Assembly: GCF_009914755.1 (NCBI RefSeq)
Contig: NC_060943.1
Origin: the human T2T-CHM13v2.0 reference genome, Homo sapiens
Reading direction: 5' to 3' (one strand)
DNA: 64,000 bases
Below the pieces are notes generated by a model, which was not told where the DNA came from, ran no database searches, and was given only the letters and a program-made list of their open reading frames with translations. The translations under genes were made by a program, and so were the position numbers. Of the stretch, positions 48,295-64,000 are shown piece after piece; position 1 is the first letter of the stretch; each line of letters starts with the position of its first letter.

Positions 48295-48297
48295 TGA

Positions 48298-48486
<189 letters not shown>

Positions 48487-48891
48487 TAGAGTAAGTGCCA
48501 TGTGGAACTTAGAAGAATGTGTATTGTGTTGTTTGTGGCTGGAGAGTTCTGTAGATATCTGTCAGGTCCACTTGACCCACAGCTGAGTTCAAGCCTTGTT
48601 ACTTTTCTGTCTCAATGATCTGTCTAATATTAACAGTGGGGTGTTAAAGACTCTCACTATTATTATGTGGAAGTCTAAGTCTCTTTATAGTTCTCTAAGA
48701 ATGTGTTTTATGAATCTGGGTGCTCCTTGAATTGATCTCTTTACCATTATGTAATGCACTTCTTTGTCTTTTTTGATCTTTGTTGGTTTAAAGTTTGTTT
48801 TGTCAGAAACTGTGATTGCAGGCTGGGCTCGGTGGCTCACGCCTGTAATCCCAGCACTTTGGGAGGCCAAGGTGGACAGATCACAAGGTCA

Positions 48892-49182
<291 letters not shown>

Positions 49183-51407
49183 TTAATTTGAGCCTACATT
49201 TGTCTTTTCATGCGAAATGGGTCTCTTGAATACAGCACACAAATGGGTCATGACTCTTTATCCAGTTTGCCCTTCTATGTCTTTCAATTGAGGCATTCAG
49301 CCTATTACATTTAAGGCTAATATTGTTATGTTTGATTTTGATTCTATCCAAGTGGTGCTAGCTGCTTATTTTGCAGAGTCGTTGATGTAGTTGTTTTATA
49401 GCATCATTCATCTTTGTACTTCACTGTGTTTTTGCAGTGGCTGGTAATGGTTTTTTTCTTCCCATATTTAGTGCTTCCTTAATAGCTCTATCTAGCAAGG
49501 CAGGCCTGGTGGTCATGTATTCCTTCAGCATTTGCTTCTCTGAAAAGAATTTTATTTTTCTCCAGTTACAAAGACTTAGTAGTGTTATTTTATTGTTTTA
49601 TTTGATTCTTGTATCTTTGTTCCTCATTTTCTCTTTTTCTGTCTCTGTGTCTTTTTTATACTTATCTTGATATGCTTTTACTTCTTTCTTATTTTGTTTC
49701 GTGTATCTATTCAGATATATTCTTGGTGGTATATTGGGAATTACATAATACCTCTAAAAGATAAAACAGTGTATTTTAATCTGGTAAAAAATGAACTTCA
49801 GCTGGATTCATAAATTTTTTCTCATTATATCTGCCCTCAAATTTGTCATTGATGTTGCTAATCATATATTTTATGTTGTATATCATTAACAAATGTTTAT
49901 AATGATTTCTATTCTTTTACCTTTCAAATTTTAGAGAATAATTAAAAATGTTTTTTGTGCCATTATTATAATGCTAAGAAATTCCATTTTTGTGTATGTG
50001 CATTTTTCCCTAGAAAATAATGTATTTATATGATAAAATTATTATTTATAAAATTACTTTATTTAATCGTATTATTTTCAGTAGAAGCAACTGCTTTCAG
50101 CATCTTTTATGTTTAGGGCATATGAAGTGCCAATATTTTTTTTCAGAATTTGGTTATTTTTGAAGGTTTTTTTCTTTTTATTGGGCAGGACTGGTATTAT
50201 TCTCACTTGATAGCTATTTTTTTTTAGGACTTTGGCTATATCACAGTTTCCTTCTGGCCTGCAAAGCTTTTGTTGACAGTTCACTGACTATCTTATAAGA
50301 CTGTGCTTGTAAATGACATGCCATTTTTATCTTGCAGCTCCATTCTCTTCTTGTCTGTGGTTTTTGAAATTGTGCTTATATATGTGTTTGTTATAAATAT
50401 CTTTGTGTGTATCCTAATTGTTTGTTGAGCTTCTTCATTTTGACAATATTTTTTCTTTCAGAATTTTTGAGTTATATTTTCTTTTGATATTTTTTACCTT
50501 TACAATTTCTGTTTTTTGGATATTTTAAATATTTTTTTCTTATCAGTTTTTTCTGGTTTTCTATAGTTCTCTGTATTCCTATTTTACTCATTGAGTATTC
50601 AATTTATTTTTAATTTTTAAAATTAATATATACATCTTTTTTATGGTTTCTTTCTGAAAATTTTATAATATTTTTGATAGAACCATTTTGCCCTATTTTG
50701 TATTCATTGTAATCTTTGATTAAAATTTAGACATTAAATAAAGCTACCTGACACAGTTTTTATCATGTAGCTTTCTCCTGGCATAGTCTGAAAACAATTA
50801 TCTTGGTTAGAGATCCTGGTAGACTCTCAAACATGTTCTTAGAATGTATCTTGTCTAAAATTTTGTGTTTACTTTTTAGTTAAAGGAGTTTATTTCTGCT
50901 TCATCTTAATCAGTAACCATTTGCTCTGTTTTCTGTCTGTTGTACTGCAGTCTCTCTGCTGCTGTAACAATTACCTTTGGTCTCAAGACCCAAACTATAA
51001 CTCCAAAATATACCACCATTTTTTTCAGCACTTTATGTTACGGGAGACCAGTTTCTGGAAAGGCCCCTAGAAGCAAGTAATATAGATGTATGTGCCAGTA
51101 TTTTACTTGTTTATTAAAAAAGAAACCAAAAGTTAGCAATTTACTTTGAAAGGCAGTATGTTATATTGTTGAGTAGGAAGAACTGTGTTGGGCAAAGGTA
51201 ATGGACTTTTCTTTTTCTTCTGTGTCTTTGCATTCCTGTGTACTCATCTGTGTACTCACCTGGGGAACTTTACATGCTTATTTATAAGTTTTCCTTATGT
51301 ATTTTGGTCAGTATGCTTTTATTACATTTATATGTCTATGAAGGATTTAGGGCCTGTGGTATTTTATTATGGCATCTTGCTTATGTAGTTTGTATAATAT
51401 AGGTTAG

Positions 51408-53770
<2,363 letters not shown>

Positions 53771-56700
53771 GAAAATACAAGCTTTTGACCAGGCGTGGTG
53801 GCTCAGGCCTATAATCCCAGCACTTTGGTAGGCCAAGGCAGGTGGATCATGAGGTCAGGAGTTTGAGACCAGCCTATCCAAGATGGTGAAACCCCATCTC
53901 TACTAAAAATACAACAATTAGCCGGTTGCGGTGGTGGTGCCTGTAATCCCAGCTACTCAAGAGGCTGAGGCAGGAGAATCACTTGAACTTGGGGAGGGAG
54001 AGGTTGCAGTGAGCTGAGATTGCACTCTAGCCTGGGCCACAGAGCAAGACTCCATCTAAAAAGTAAAAAAAAAAGAAAATATGAACTTTACAGTGAAGAA
54101 TATTTATTTTGAAGATGAATGTTACAAATATAAAGTGGGTAGTAGTGCCTTTACTTGTATCACAGATCTTATTGTAGACATTTTTTGTAGAGGAAAAACT
54201 CTGAAGCACTTTCACACTTTGTTCAATATCAGGGAATTTATATTGAAGAAAAATCATGCAAATGTAGTAAATTTGGAAAAACACTTTTTCAAAAACTACA
54301 GCTTAGAAAACAGAGTTCATACTAGAATATATTTTTGCAGATGCAGTAAAAGTTAAAAAAAATTTAATCCATAAGTAAGTCTGTGTAAATATCAGAATTT
54401 ATGGTAGAAATACATAAGGCACTGACAACATCAGATATACTAAATCAGAGGGCTGAGTATAGAAAATTAAAGTTGGTAGAAAAATTATTTGTATATAACT
54501 TTAAGAGGATCAGAAGGTTTTTTGCAGTTATAATTACATTCAAAGTATACTTTATTTCTTGAAAAATATTACAGATTTTTTGAAAAGTGAATAATGATGT
54601 CATTCAACTCTGAAATTCCTGCCGTTTCTTCATTCCTATTGGATTCACATGTGAAAGCATGGGATCAATTATTGCTGTATCAAAGATATGAAAGATTCTT
54701 TCTTTGTTTTGTTCTGTTTTTTTGAGATGGAGTTTTGCTCTTTCGTCCAGGCTGGAGCACAGTGGCGTGATCTCGGCTCACTGCAACCTTCAATTTCCAG
54801 TTTCAAGCAATTCTCCTCCCTCAGCCTCCTGAGTAGCTGGGATTACAGGCGCATATCACCACGCCCAGCTAATTTTTATGTTTCTAGTACAGACAGGATT
54901 TCATCATGTTGGCCAGGCTGGTCTCAAACTCCTCACCTTGTGATCCACCCACCTTGGCCTCCAAAGGTGCTGGGATTACACAGGCATGAGCCACTGCTCC
55001 TGGCAAGAGATTCTTTTTTATTAGGTGGGCATTATTTGTGATCTTTTCTATTGAAAAGTAAAAACATTAGAATGTAAGATGCATAATGAAAATGTAAGTG
55101 GAGAGGTTCTTTGGGGTTAACTTATAATATTGAGTGGTGCATGAGGTTGGTGTTCAGAGTAATATTCTGCATTATGAAAAAACATTTAATTTTATTTAAA
55201 ATTTAGTATATTATCATACTAATTGTACTTTTATATAAGATGCAGTACATTTTTAAAATTTTAGATTGTGTGAAGTTAATAGTTTAACATTTTTAACATG
55301 TTAAATACTATTGTGCATTCAATGAAGCATTATTATACCACAAACTTTACCCTGTTCCACCTTACTGAAGGGTATAGGTAAAAGATGGTAACGATATACT
55401 ATTTAGTAACATAATGGATTAACATCTCTAGTAATTTTTTTTTGCCAGTGGCTTTAAACCGCAAATAAGTTAAAGAATATTGTTTCTGTAGGTTAAATTT
55501 TTATTTTGTTTTTAATCATTTAAATTTAATTTTGGTGGGTACATAATATGAGTATATATTTATGCACTTATATGGCATATTTTAGTACAGGAATACAATA
55601 TATAATAATAGCATCAGGGTTAAGTGAGGCATCCTTCACCCATAGCATTTCTCCTTTGTTTTACAAACAATCCAAACCTACACTTTTTAAAAATTTTTTG
55701 TTGTTGTTGTTCTTGTTGTTGTTGAGACGGAGTCTCGCTCTGTCGCCCAGGCTGGAGTGTGCAATCTCGGCTCACTGCAAGCTCCACTTCCCGGGTTCAC
55801 GCCATTTTCCTGCCTCAGCCTCCCAAGCAGCTAGGACTACAGGCGCCCACCACCATGCCCGGCTAATTTTTTGTATTTTTAGTAGAGATGGGGTTTCACC
55901 ATGTTAGCCAGGATGGTCTCAATCTCCTGACCTCGTGATCTGGTCTCGATCTCCTGACCTCATGATCTGCCTGCCTTGACCTCCCAAAGTGCTGGGATTA
56001 CAGGCATGAGCCACCGTGCCCGGCCACTTTTTATAAATTTTAAAATGTACAATTGTTATTTACTATAGAGTTATTTTTATGGTCATAATACAAATTATAT
56101 ATGAGTATAAATAAAATTCATTTCTAAACTATTAATATTTTTTCCAAATTGTTATATATTTTTCTTTGAACATGTGGCCTGTCTGCCTGCAAACATGCAG
56201 ACTTTTTGATTCACATAGAGTTAAATATGTATTAGTCTAAAGACAAACTTTAGGTGTAAGAAAATTATGGAATAAGTGTGTGTGTGTGAGTATGAGTTTG
56301 TACCTATTTTCAGAAAAGAACAATATGGGAATAAAAATCATTTTAATAAGGTGGCTACTATAAAACTAAAAACCTTAAAAAATGCTGAAAGCAAATGTAT
56401 ACTTTGTGCTTTGTATTGAATTTATTACTGTACAATCCATGACTTACAGTTCTGAACCTTTTCATGCAAATTCTCTGTATATACTTGCCTGGTACTCATG
56501 CTAGACCCATACTTTTTTTGTTTCTTACATTTTTTTTGTTTTATGGTTTAGGAAGTATTCATTATATGAGCTGGTCTGTGATTATAAGAATTTTTATGAA
56601 ATTTAGTGCACACAAAATAATTTTTAGATGTAATTCCAAAAGTAGTGTATTAAGTTACATTTTATTTAGTGAGAGCACTCCATTTTGTTCTTTTAAGGGG

Positions 56701-57114
56701 AGAACAATATATAAGTTTTCTTTTCTTTAGTGATTGTTCCTTTCACTTTTTATAATTGACATAAGTATATTTATTTATTGAGTCAATTTGTTCAGGTAAG
56801 TACTGGGGGGCTTCATAAGTCATGAGGATGTTTTTATATATAAATGTAGCAAACATACATTACAGTTCTTACTGTGTAATCGATGCTCCATAATAATTCA
56901 CAAATATTCCTGCTGGAGTTAGTTTGTAATTTCAAGTCAGAAATGAAAGATATCAGTGGTGAAGAAATAAGATTGATTCTTCATATGGAGTGGACATTTT
57001 TTCCAGACTATAAAACTGAATCTTGCTGAATTTAAAGAGAAATTCTGGCCGAGGCAGATGGATCACCTGAGGTTAGGAGTTTCAGACCAGCCTGGTGAAA
57101 CCCGGTCTCTACTA

Positions 57115-57315
<201 letters not shown>

Positions 57316-57661
57316 TCAGATTTGTTTCTCGTATGTATTTTCCAACTATGTATGCATCACAGCCCTTCTTTTTCTGAGTTATAGCTACAGTTTTCTGACT
57401 GTTCTCTTCACGCCATTTCATTTCACCTGGTATTTTGTAGATTTTGATGACAAAATTCTATTTTTAGTGCACTTAAAAATGGATTTTAACTGGTGAGTTC
57501 GCTTATCAATATAACATTCAGATTAGTTAATTAAGATAAAAGCCAGGTGTGGTGGCTCACGCCTCTAATCCCAGCACTTTGAGAGGCCGAGGCAAGTGGA
57601 TCACTTGAGCTCAGGAGTTCGAGACCAGCCTGACCAACATGGTGAAACCCCGTGTCTACTA

Positions 57662-57817
<156 letters not shown>

Positions 57818-58044
57818 TCAAAAAAAAAAAAAAAAAAAAAAGATTAAAGGCGCACACTGTCCACAGGCAAGAGGATTAAATTAGCATTGCATTTCTTTGT
57901 TTTTAAAAGAAAAATCTTATTAGATTCTTATACAAAGTGTGGCAAATATAAAACTTGCTTGAAAATATGGAAATTAAATTTTTAAGAGAGTTAATAGTAA
58001 ACGAATTTAATTTTCTTTTTTTATTTTTACTTTTTATTTTTTAG

Positions 58045-58206
<162 letters not shown>

Positions 58207-58418
58207 TAGTAGAGACGGGATTTCACCATGTTAGCCAGGATGGTCTCAATCTCCTGACCTCGTGATCCGCCCGCCTCGACCTCCCAAAGTGGTGGGATTA
58301 CAGGCATGAGCCACAGTGCCCGGCCACGAATTTAATTTTCTATGATATAATTACAGCACAATTTACATTTCCGTGCAGAATCTTTTAAGTGTGGTGGTAA
58401 AGATTGCAAAATAATAAA

Positions 58419-58864
58419 ATGACCTCTGAATTTAAAATTTAGAAAAATATGTCTTTTCTATATTGATTTTACAATTTGGAGAAATTTCTCTTATTTTTTA
58501 TATTTTTTCTTTTAGTGGGAGAAGTTTAGTCTACGGTTTTTATTTTTAGTCACCAAGCTGTAGCCAACTCCTGGGTCATTTTCTCTGAAAAACATTTGGA
58601 GATCATGACAAGTTTTGGATTAAAACATTCTGTTATTTTGCATGCAAACTAGTTTACTGTGTTCACAGACTGGCCAGTCATGGGACCATAAGCAACACCT
58701 GCCCCTTTAGTGGCTTTCATACCATTACCACCAGTACCAGAAACTCCAGGTGGCCCAAGCTTAAAGTAAAAATCCTAAAGCACATTGGCTTCTCCCATGC
58801 AATGTGCTGGGTCCAAACCATGCTGTTAAATATCAGAGTTCCTATGGTTATGACTGACAAATGA
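58419..58864 (+). pseudogene. Vomeronasal type-1 receptor (V1R) pseudogene fragment, probably VN1R81P
   Basis: Hand translation gives FSHQAVANSWVIFSEKHLEIMTSFGLKH /frameshift/ FACKLVYCVHRLASHGTISNTCPFSGFHTITTSTRNSRWPKLKVKILKHIGFSHAMCWVQTMLLNIRVPMVMTDK*. This matches the V1R motifs HLxxAN, GCKLVFYVHR, TCxLSxFQAITISP, SRWAxLK and CW. The 5' boundary is approximate. Confidence 0.85.
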
Positions 58865-59221
58865 CAATAATAGCCCCAAAATACATATTTTTGATACTAT
58901 TTAGCCAAGATTACCACAAAGATACAGTATTTGACACATTCTTATTCTATAACATTTTGAAAATATTTTCTCTTGACAGATAAAAATGTGTACTTTTTCT
59001 GTAGAACATAATATTTTGAACATGCTGTTAAATATCAGAGTTCCTATGATTATGACTAAAAAATTAAATGACAATAGTCCCCAAACTATGTATTTTCATA
59101 CTATTTAGCCAAAGTAATCACAAAGACACAGTATTTGACACATTGTTATTCTTTTATGTCTTAAAAATATTTTCTTTCAACTTGACAAAATGTGTGCTTT
59201 TTCTGTAGAACATATTTTGAA
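58819..59221 (+). repeat. Tandem duplication, 2 x ~202 bp
   Basis: Unit CATGCTGTTAAATATCAGAGTTCCTATG...GTAGAACATA(AT)ATTTTGAA at 58819-59020 and 59021-59221. Confidence 0.9.
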
Positions 59222-61400
59222 GTATATATACATTGTTATTATTTCTAGGTAATTAATACCTCACATAGTTAACATTTTTGTGGTGAGACCACGTCTTATC
59301 ATTTTTCAAAAATCCAAATACATTATTATGAACTATAGTCACCATGTTGTACAATAAATCTCTTGAACTTATTTCTCCTATTTGACTATAATTACTTATT
59401 ATTTGACAGACTTTCCAAACCCCCATTTCTTCTAAATACCTTGGCATCTGATGGTCACCATTTTACTCTATACATCAATGGGATTAAGATTTTTGGAATC
59501 CATGTATAGGTGAAATCATGAAATATTAATCTTTCTGTGCCTGGCCTATCCCAACTAATATAATGTCCTCCAGCTTAATCCATGTAATTTAAAATAATAT
59601 AATTTTTTTCTTTTTTTTTTTTTTTTTAAGGCCAGGTGTGGTGTCTTACACCTGTAATCCCAGCACTGTGGGAAGCCAGGGCAGGTGGATTGCTTGAGCC
59701 CAGGAGTTTGAGACCAGCCTGGTCAACATGGAAAATCCCCGTCTCTACAAAAAAAAAAAAAAAATCTCAGCTGGGCATGGGCATGGTAGTGCATGCCTGT
59801 AATCCCAGCTACTCCAGAGGCTGAGGCATGAGAATCCCTTGAGCCAGGGATGCAGAGGTTGCAGTGAACTGAGATTGTGCCACTGCATCCAGCCTGGGTA
59901 ACAGAGTGAGACTCGGTCTCAAGAGAAAAGGAATTTTCTTATTTTAAAAATAATATTCTGTTGTGTATATCTACCACATTGTCTTCATTTACTCATTAGA
60001 TGTTAAACTGTTTATTCTGTATTTTGGCTATTGTGAAAAGTGCTATAAACAGAATTGCAAATGTTTCTTCATTCTGATTTTATTTGTTTTGGATATATAT
60101 CCAGTAGTGCAATTGCTGTTATGACATGGTAGTTTAAGTTTTTTGAGAAATCTCTATTTTGTTTTTCATAATGGCTGTCTTCATTTACATTCCAAACCAA
60201 CAGTGTGCAAGCCTTCCCTTTTCTTCACATCTTTACCAACGCTTTTTCTTTTTAATAAGAGTCATTCTAACAGGAATGAGTTGATATCTCCTAGTTTTGT
60301 TTTTTCTTTTTTGGCTTGCCTTTTTGTGATAATTGACATTGAGCATTTTTAAATATATCAGTTGGCCATTATGTATGTATTTTCTTGAAAAATACTTATT
60401 TCAGCTACTTATTTTTAATAGTTACTTATTTTTGTTGTATTGTCATTTGAGTTTTGTATATATTTTTTATATTAACCCCTTGTCACATGTATAATTTGCA
60501 AATATTTTCTCCCTTTTTTTAGTTGTCACATTCTGTTCATTGTATCAGATTCTGTGCAGCAGCTTTTTAATTTGAAGTGATCTGACTGACTTGTTCTTCC
60601 TTTTGTGTCCTGGGATATTTAGGTTAAATCAAAAAACTTGCTGCCCAGACCAATGTTATGGGGCTTTCACTCTATTTTTTGGTAGTAGTAGTTTAAGAGT
60701 TTTAGGCCTTACATTTAAGTGGCTAATTTATTTTGAGTTTATTTTTACATATGGTGTGAGATGAGGGTCTCACTTTTTTTTCTCTGCATGTGGACATAAA
60801 GTTTTCTAAACATCATTTATTGAAGATACTGTTATTTCCCTTAAAAAAAAAAGTCACCTGTATTTAAAATCAGTTAGCTGTAAATACACTGATATATTTC
60901 TGCTCTCTTTTTCTTCTGCTCCATTGGCCTATATCTCTGTTTTTATTCAAGTGACATACTGTTTTGGTTACCACAGTTTTGTAGTGTATTTCAAAGTCAG
61001 GGTGATACCTTCTTTTGTCTTGATTGCTTTGGCTATTTAGGGTGTTTTGTGGTACCATATGAATTTTAGATATGCTTTTTAAAAATGTCTATGAAGTATG
61101 TCACTGGTATTTTGATAGAGGTTGCATTATATCTGCAGATCATTTTGTGTAATACAAATATTTAACTATTAAAAATGCCAGTTCATGAATGAGTAATATT
61201 ATTCCATTTATGTGTTACTTAATTTGTATAATGTTCTTTAGAGTAGAATGTAAGGTGTTTCAACTTTTTGGTTAAATTTACTTCAAACTATAGTTAGGTA
61301 GATGGAATTTTTTTGAATTTCATTTTGAGATAGTTACTAATGTATAGAAATGCTATGACTTTTTGATGATGTTTTTGTATTTTGAAAGTTTAATAAATTT
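59222..61400 (-). mobile_element. L1M 3' fragment downstream of the gene (AluJ at ~59630-59925)
   Basis: ATAGTCACCATGTTGTACAATAAATCTCTTGAACTTATT (L1MA/MB-type 3' UTR) followed by antisense ORF2 text. Confidence 0.78.
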
Positions 61401-61554
61401 TGTTTGTTTATTTTTTGTTGTTGTTGTTGTTTCAAATGGAGTCTCAGTCTATCGCCCAGGCTGGAATACAGTGGTGCATTTTACTTTGCAAGCTTTTACA
61501 CCATCTCACTGGAGTCAGTTTGTTGTTGTTTTTGTTGCTTGTCTTTTGGGATAC

Positions 61555-62048
61555 TGTAGCAGGATTGATAAGAAATCAGAGAGACTGATGGGGTTGAGGA
61601 GGATATTTATTATTTAGGTGCACTGGCCTAGTCGGATTAACATCCAAAGGACTGAGCCCTGAACAAAGAGTTAAGTTACCCTTTAAGCATTTTGTGGGAT
61701 GGCAGGGGGAGATCTGTGCAGGGAGAAGCATATTACAGAAGCGAGAAACAAAGACAGTTATTCAATTAATTGTGACATGCATTACATAATTTTTTACTTT
61801 CCAAGGAAAAACATGTTTTACAACTTGAGTTTATCTATCTAGTGACCTTGCAGCTGCACAGCTAGAGAAACAGGGTCTTCAAAATGCCTGGGAAAGGAGG
61901 AGAGATAAGCCTTGCTAGCCACAGAAAAACAGGCTGTTAATTTTTAAAGGACTCCAGCTCTTCCTCTTTCTCAGGAGGAATTGGGTTTTCTTACATACAA
62001 CTGAGTTTCTGCTTACACATTCTTTAATTTCTTTTAATTTCTGTTCCA
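61555..62048 (-). mobile_element. Solo ERV1 LTR (LTR15-like), 494 bp
   Basis: Minus strand TGGAACAG...CTGCTACA, AATAAA near its 3' end, perfect 4-bp TSD ATAC (61551-61554, 62049-62052). It interrupts the inverted relic. Confidence 0.8.
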
Positions 62049-63416
62049 ATACTATTTTTTTGGTCACAAATTTTTCACTTTTTTTTTTCTTTCTTTGAAA
62101 CGGATCTCACTCTGTTGCCCAGGCTGGAGTGCAGTGGCGTGATCTTGGCTCACTGCAAGCTCTGCCTACCAGATTCACACCATTCTCCTGCCTCAGCCTC
62201 CTGAGTAGCTGGGACTGCAGGTGCCCACCACCACACCTGGCTAATTTTTTGTATTTTTAGTAGAGACTGGGTTTCACTGTGTTAGCCAGGATGGTCTCAA
62301 TCTCCTGACCTCGTGCTCTGCCTGCCTTGGCCTCCCGAAGTGCTGGGATTACAGGCATGAGCCACCGCATCTGGCCCAATTTTTTTACTCTTTTTCTTTT
62401 ACTATATTTATTTCACTATTCTTCTGCCCCCTTACATAATTTCTATCCAGGGGGTAGAAATTATGTCTGTGTTTTCCCCTCATTATCAGCATCTGATTGG
62501 CTGACCAGCAATTTGTCTCCAAGAAATGAAAGCTGGGTTAGGTGAAGGCAATTTTAACAGCTTTTCAAAGTTAGAGTACACCAGAAGATTCCTCTTAGCC
62601 CCAGGGTATCCACTTGCTCCCTAGAAAGGATACACTCCATACTTCAGGTCATCCTAAGGGAGAAAATAAACCAGAAGCTGATATCCACCGGACATTCAAG
62701 CTGACATAAGCATGGCAGATATCTCGGTTTATCCCCAGATAGTACTAAGCCCAGGACCAGCAAAAAACTAAAGGGTGGCTGAGGACACATCACCCCATAA
62801 ATTTTCCAAAGCAGAACTTTGACCCAAAAACATTCTGATAAGATCTCTGTGCCTAGAGAAGATAAAATGAAAAGAGACACAGAGATTTTCTACAATACAA
62901 CATCGGGGGATTATTATTTGCTTTCTCCTCATGGGAAATATTTACAAACAGTTAATACAACTTCTTAAAAGCACCATTTAATGTTTTACCAAAAAATAAT
63001 TAATTAAAATATGATATAAAAAAAGTACACTAAAAGACAAAGAAGTGATAATGTGAATTAGGAAGGAAAAGTTGGCATTTAGGAATGCCAGAAGAACCTG
63101 GAAATTTAGTATCTTACTGCAAGCCACAGTGAGGCTGGAGATATGGGGCATGGGAGTTTAGACTTAAAAACCCTGCTTGGGACACAGGTGAAAAATGCAG
63201 CAGAAAATCAGTTCCCCGTGCTGTGTGAAAATAATTAAGTGGCAGGCAATTAGACTGAGGTGTCTCTAGTCCCTGGGTTCATACTTTAAAAAAAACTAAC
63301 TCAGGTGCATTATTTTTAATTACTACATTCAGAGAAACAAAATTCAGGCTTCACCAACTATAAACTGCCCATTAAGCTCTGATTACATAACCAGGAAATT
63401 TTCACCTTTAATCTAT

Positions 63417-63947
63417 TGAAGTAGGAACTTAAGAAAATAACAGAATAATAGCATAAGTAATAATAGTAAAGATTATAGTAATAGAGAAATAACAATAGCT
63501 CATAGAATGAATTGCTGTATTAACCAAGGCTAACAAGAATTTAAGTAGCCCCCCTGAAGTTAGAAGAGAATATTAACTGTCTGTCCCAGGAAACATTAAC
63601 CATATCTACCTTCCACATATTTTGTAGGCTCTGTAAACTCTTGTTTCTTTCTTCCTTGCACAGCTGCAAGGTCACAAGACAGATAAGCATAAGCTGCAAA
63701 CTAAGTTTTCCCAGAGATGTAAGACATGTTGCAAAAGTGTCACAGCAGCCTTTGTTCTCATTTCTGTAAGCCTGCTGCCTGCTTCCTGCTTCACACAGTG
63801 CCCACCTCAAAATGCTTAAAGGGGACTCATTTTCTTTGCTCTGGGCTCAGAGTTTCAGGACATGTGTCCGCTGTGCCAGTGTACACCTTAAATAAACACT
63901 TTCCTTCACTCCATTTCGTCTCTCCAGTTCCTTACTTTCCCACAACA
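63417..63947 (+). mobile_element. Solo LTR (ERV1-like, family not assigned), ~530 bp
   Basis: TG...CA ends and AATAAA at 63891. Absent at the homologous position (~17580) of ZNF714 intron 1; the TSD is degenerate. Confidence 0.7.
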
Positions 63948-64000
63948 GTACAAATTAAGAAACCACGTAATTGTACCTAACCAATTACTAAATTGGGTTT

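Larger units (their letters stand above)
61474..64000 (-). pseudogene. Inverted relic of the 5' part (intron 1, exon 2 equivalent, start of intron 2) of a paralogous KRAB-ZNF gene
   Basis: The reverse complement is colinear with ~17528-19103. 62653-62561 translates DDLKYGVYPF*GASGYPGAKRNLLVYSNFEK (93 nt) with an AG acceptor but CT where the donor should be. Confidence 0.88.

Noticed and set aside
54081-54356. 91-aa ORF in the 3' UTR as a separate gene
   Set aside because: It looks like heavily decayed finger-like UTR sequence with no independent gene signals.
55914-55967. 27-bp tandem duplication inside a 3' UTR Alu
   Set aside because: A real but ordinary slippage event with no sign of function.
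62561-62653. Functional exon of a minus-strand gene
   Set aside because: It has an in-frame TAG and no GT donor, and no KRAB or finger exons follow on that strand within the window.

Overview
Primate (almost certainly human chr19p12) KRAB zinc-finger cluster DNA, very rich in Alu (about 65-70 full or partial copies by eye), L1 and LTR elements. It holds one complete + strand gene of the ZNF91/ZNF431 subfamily that I recognise as ZNF714. Its parts are a CCAAT/GC-box promoter and exon 1 (~16845-16994), exon 2 (18636-18727), KRAB-A (32840-32966), KRAB-B (33467/33470-33565) and a zinc-finger exon (51472-52997 plus a long 3' UTR). The gene is altered at both ends. A 1-bp deletion in exon 2 turns the ancestral start into a 24-aa uORF and leaves a KRAB-A-truncated main ORF, though exon 2 skipping would restore the full KRAB. 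An in-frame Alu has inserted into the last His codon of finger 13, supplying a 52-aa C-terminus and stranding downstream fingers in the UTR. Other contents: a two-LTR MER41A provirus in intron 2 that donated a 114-bp templated insertion 6 kb away, a 5S rRNA-Alu chimeric retrocopy nested in an L1PA, a V1R pseudogene fragment near the 3' end, and an inverted relic of the 5' part of a sister KRAB-ZNF gene at the right edge. A paralogous L1 segment at both window ends marks a ~60.7-kb duplication unit. Gene and repeat names are from recall; no database was searched.
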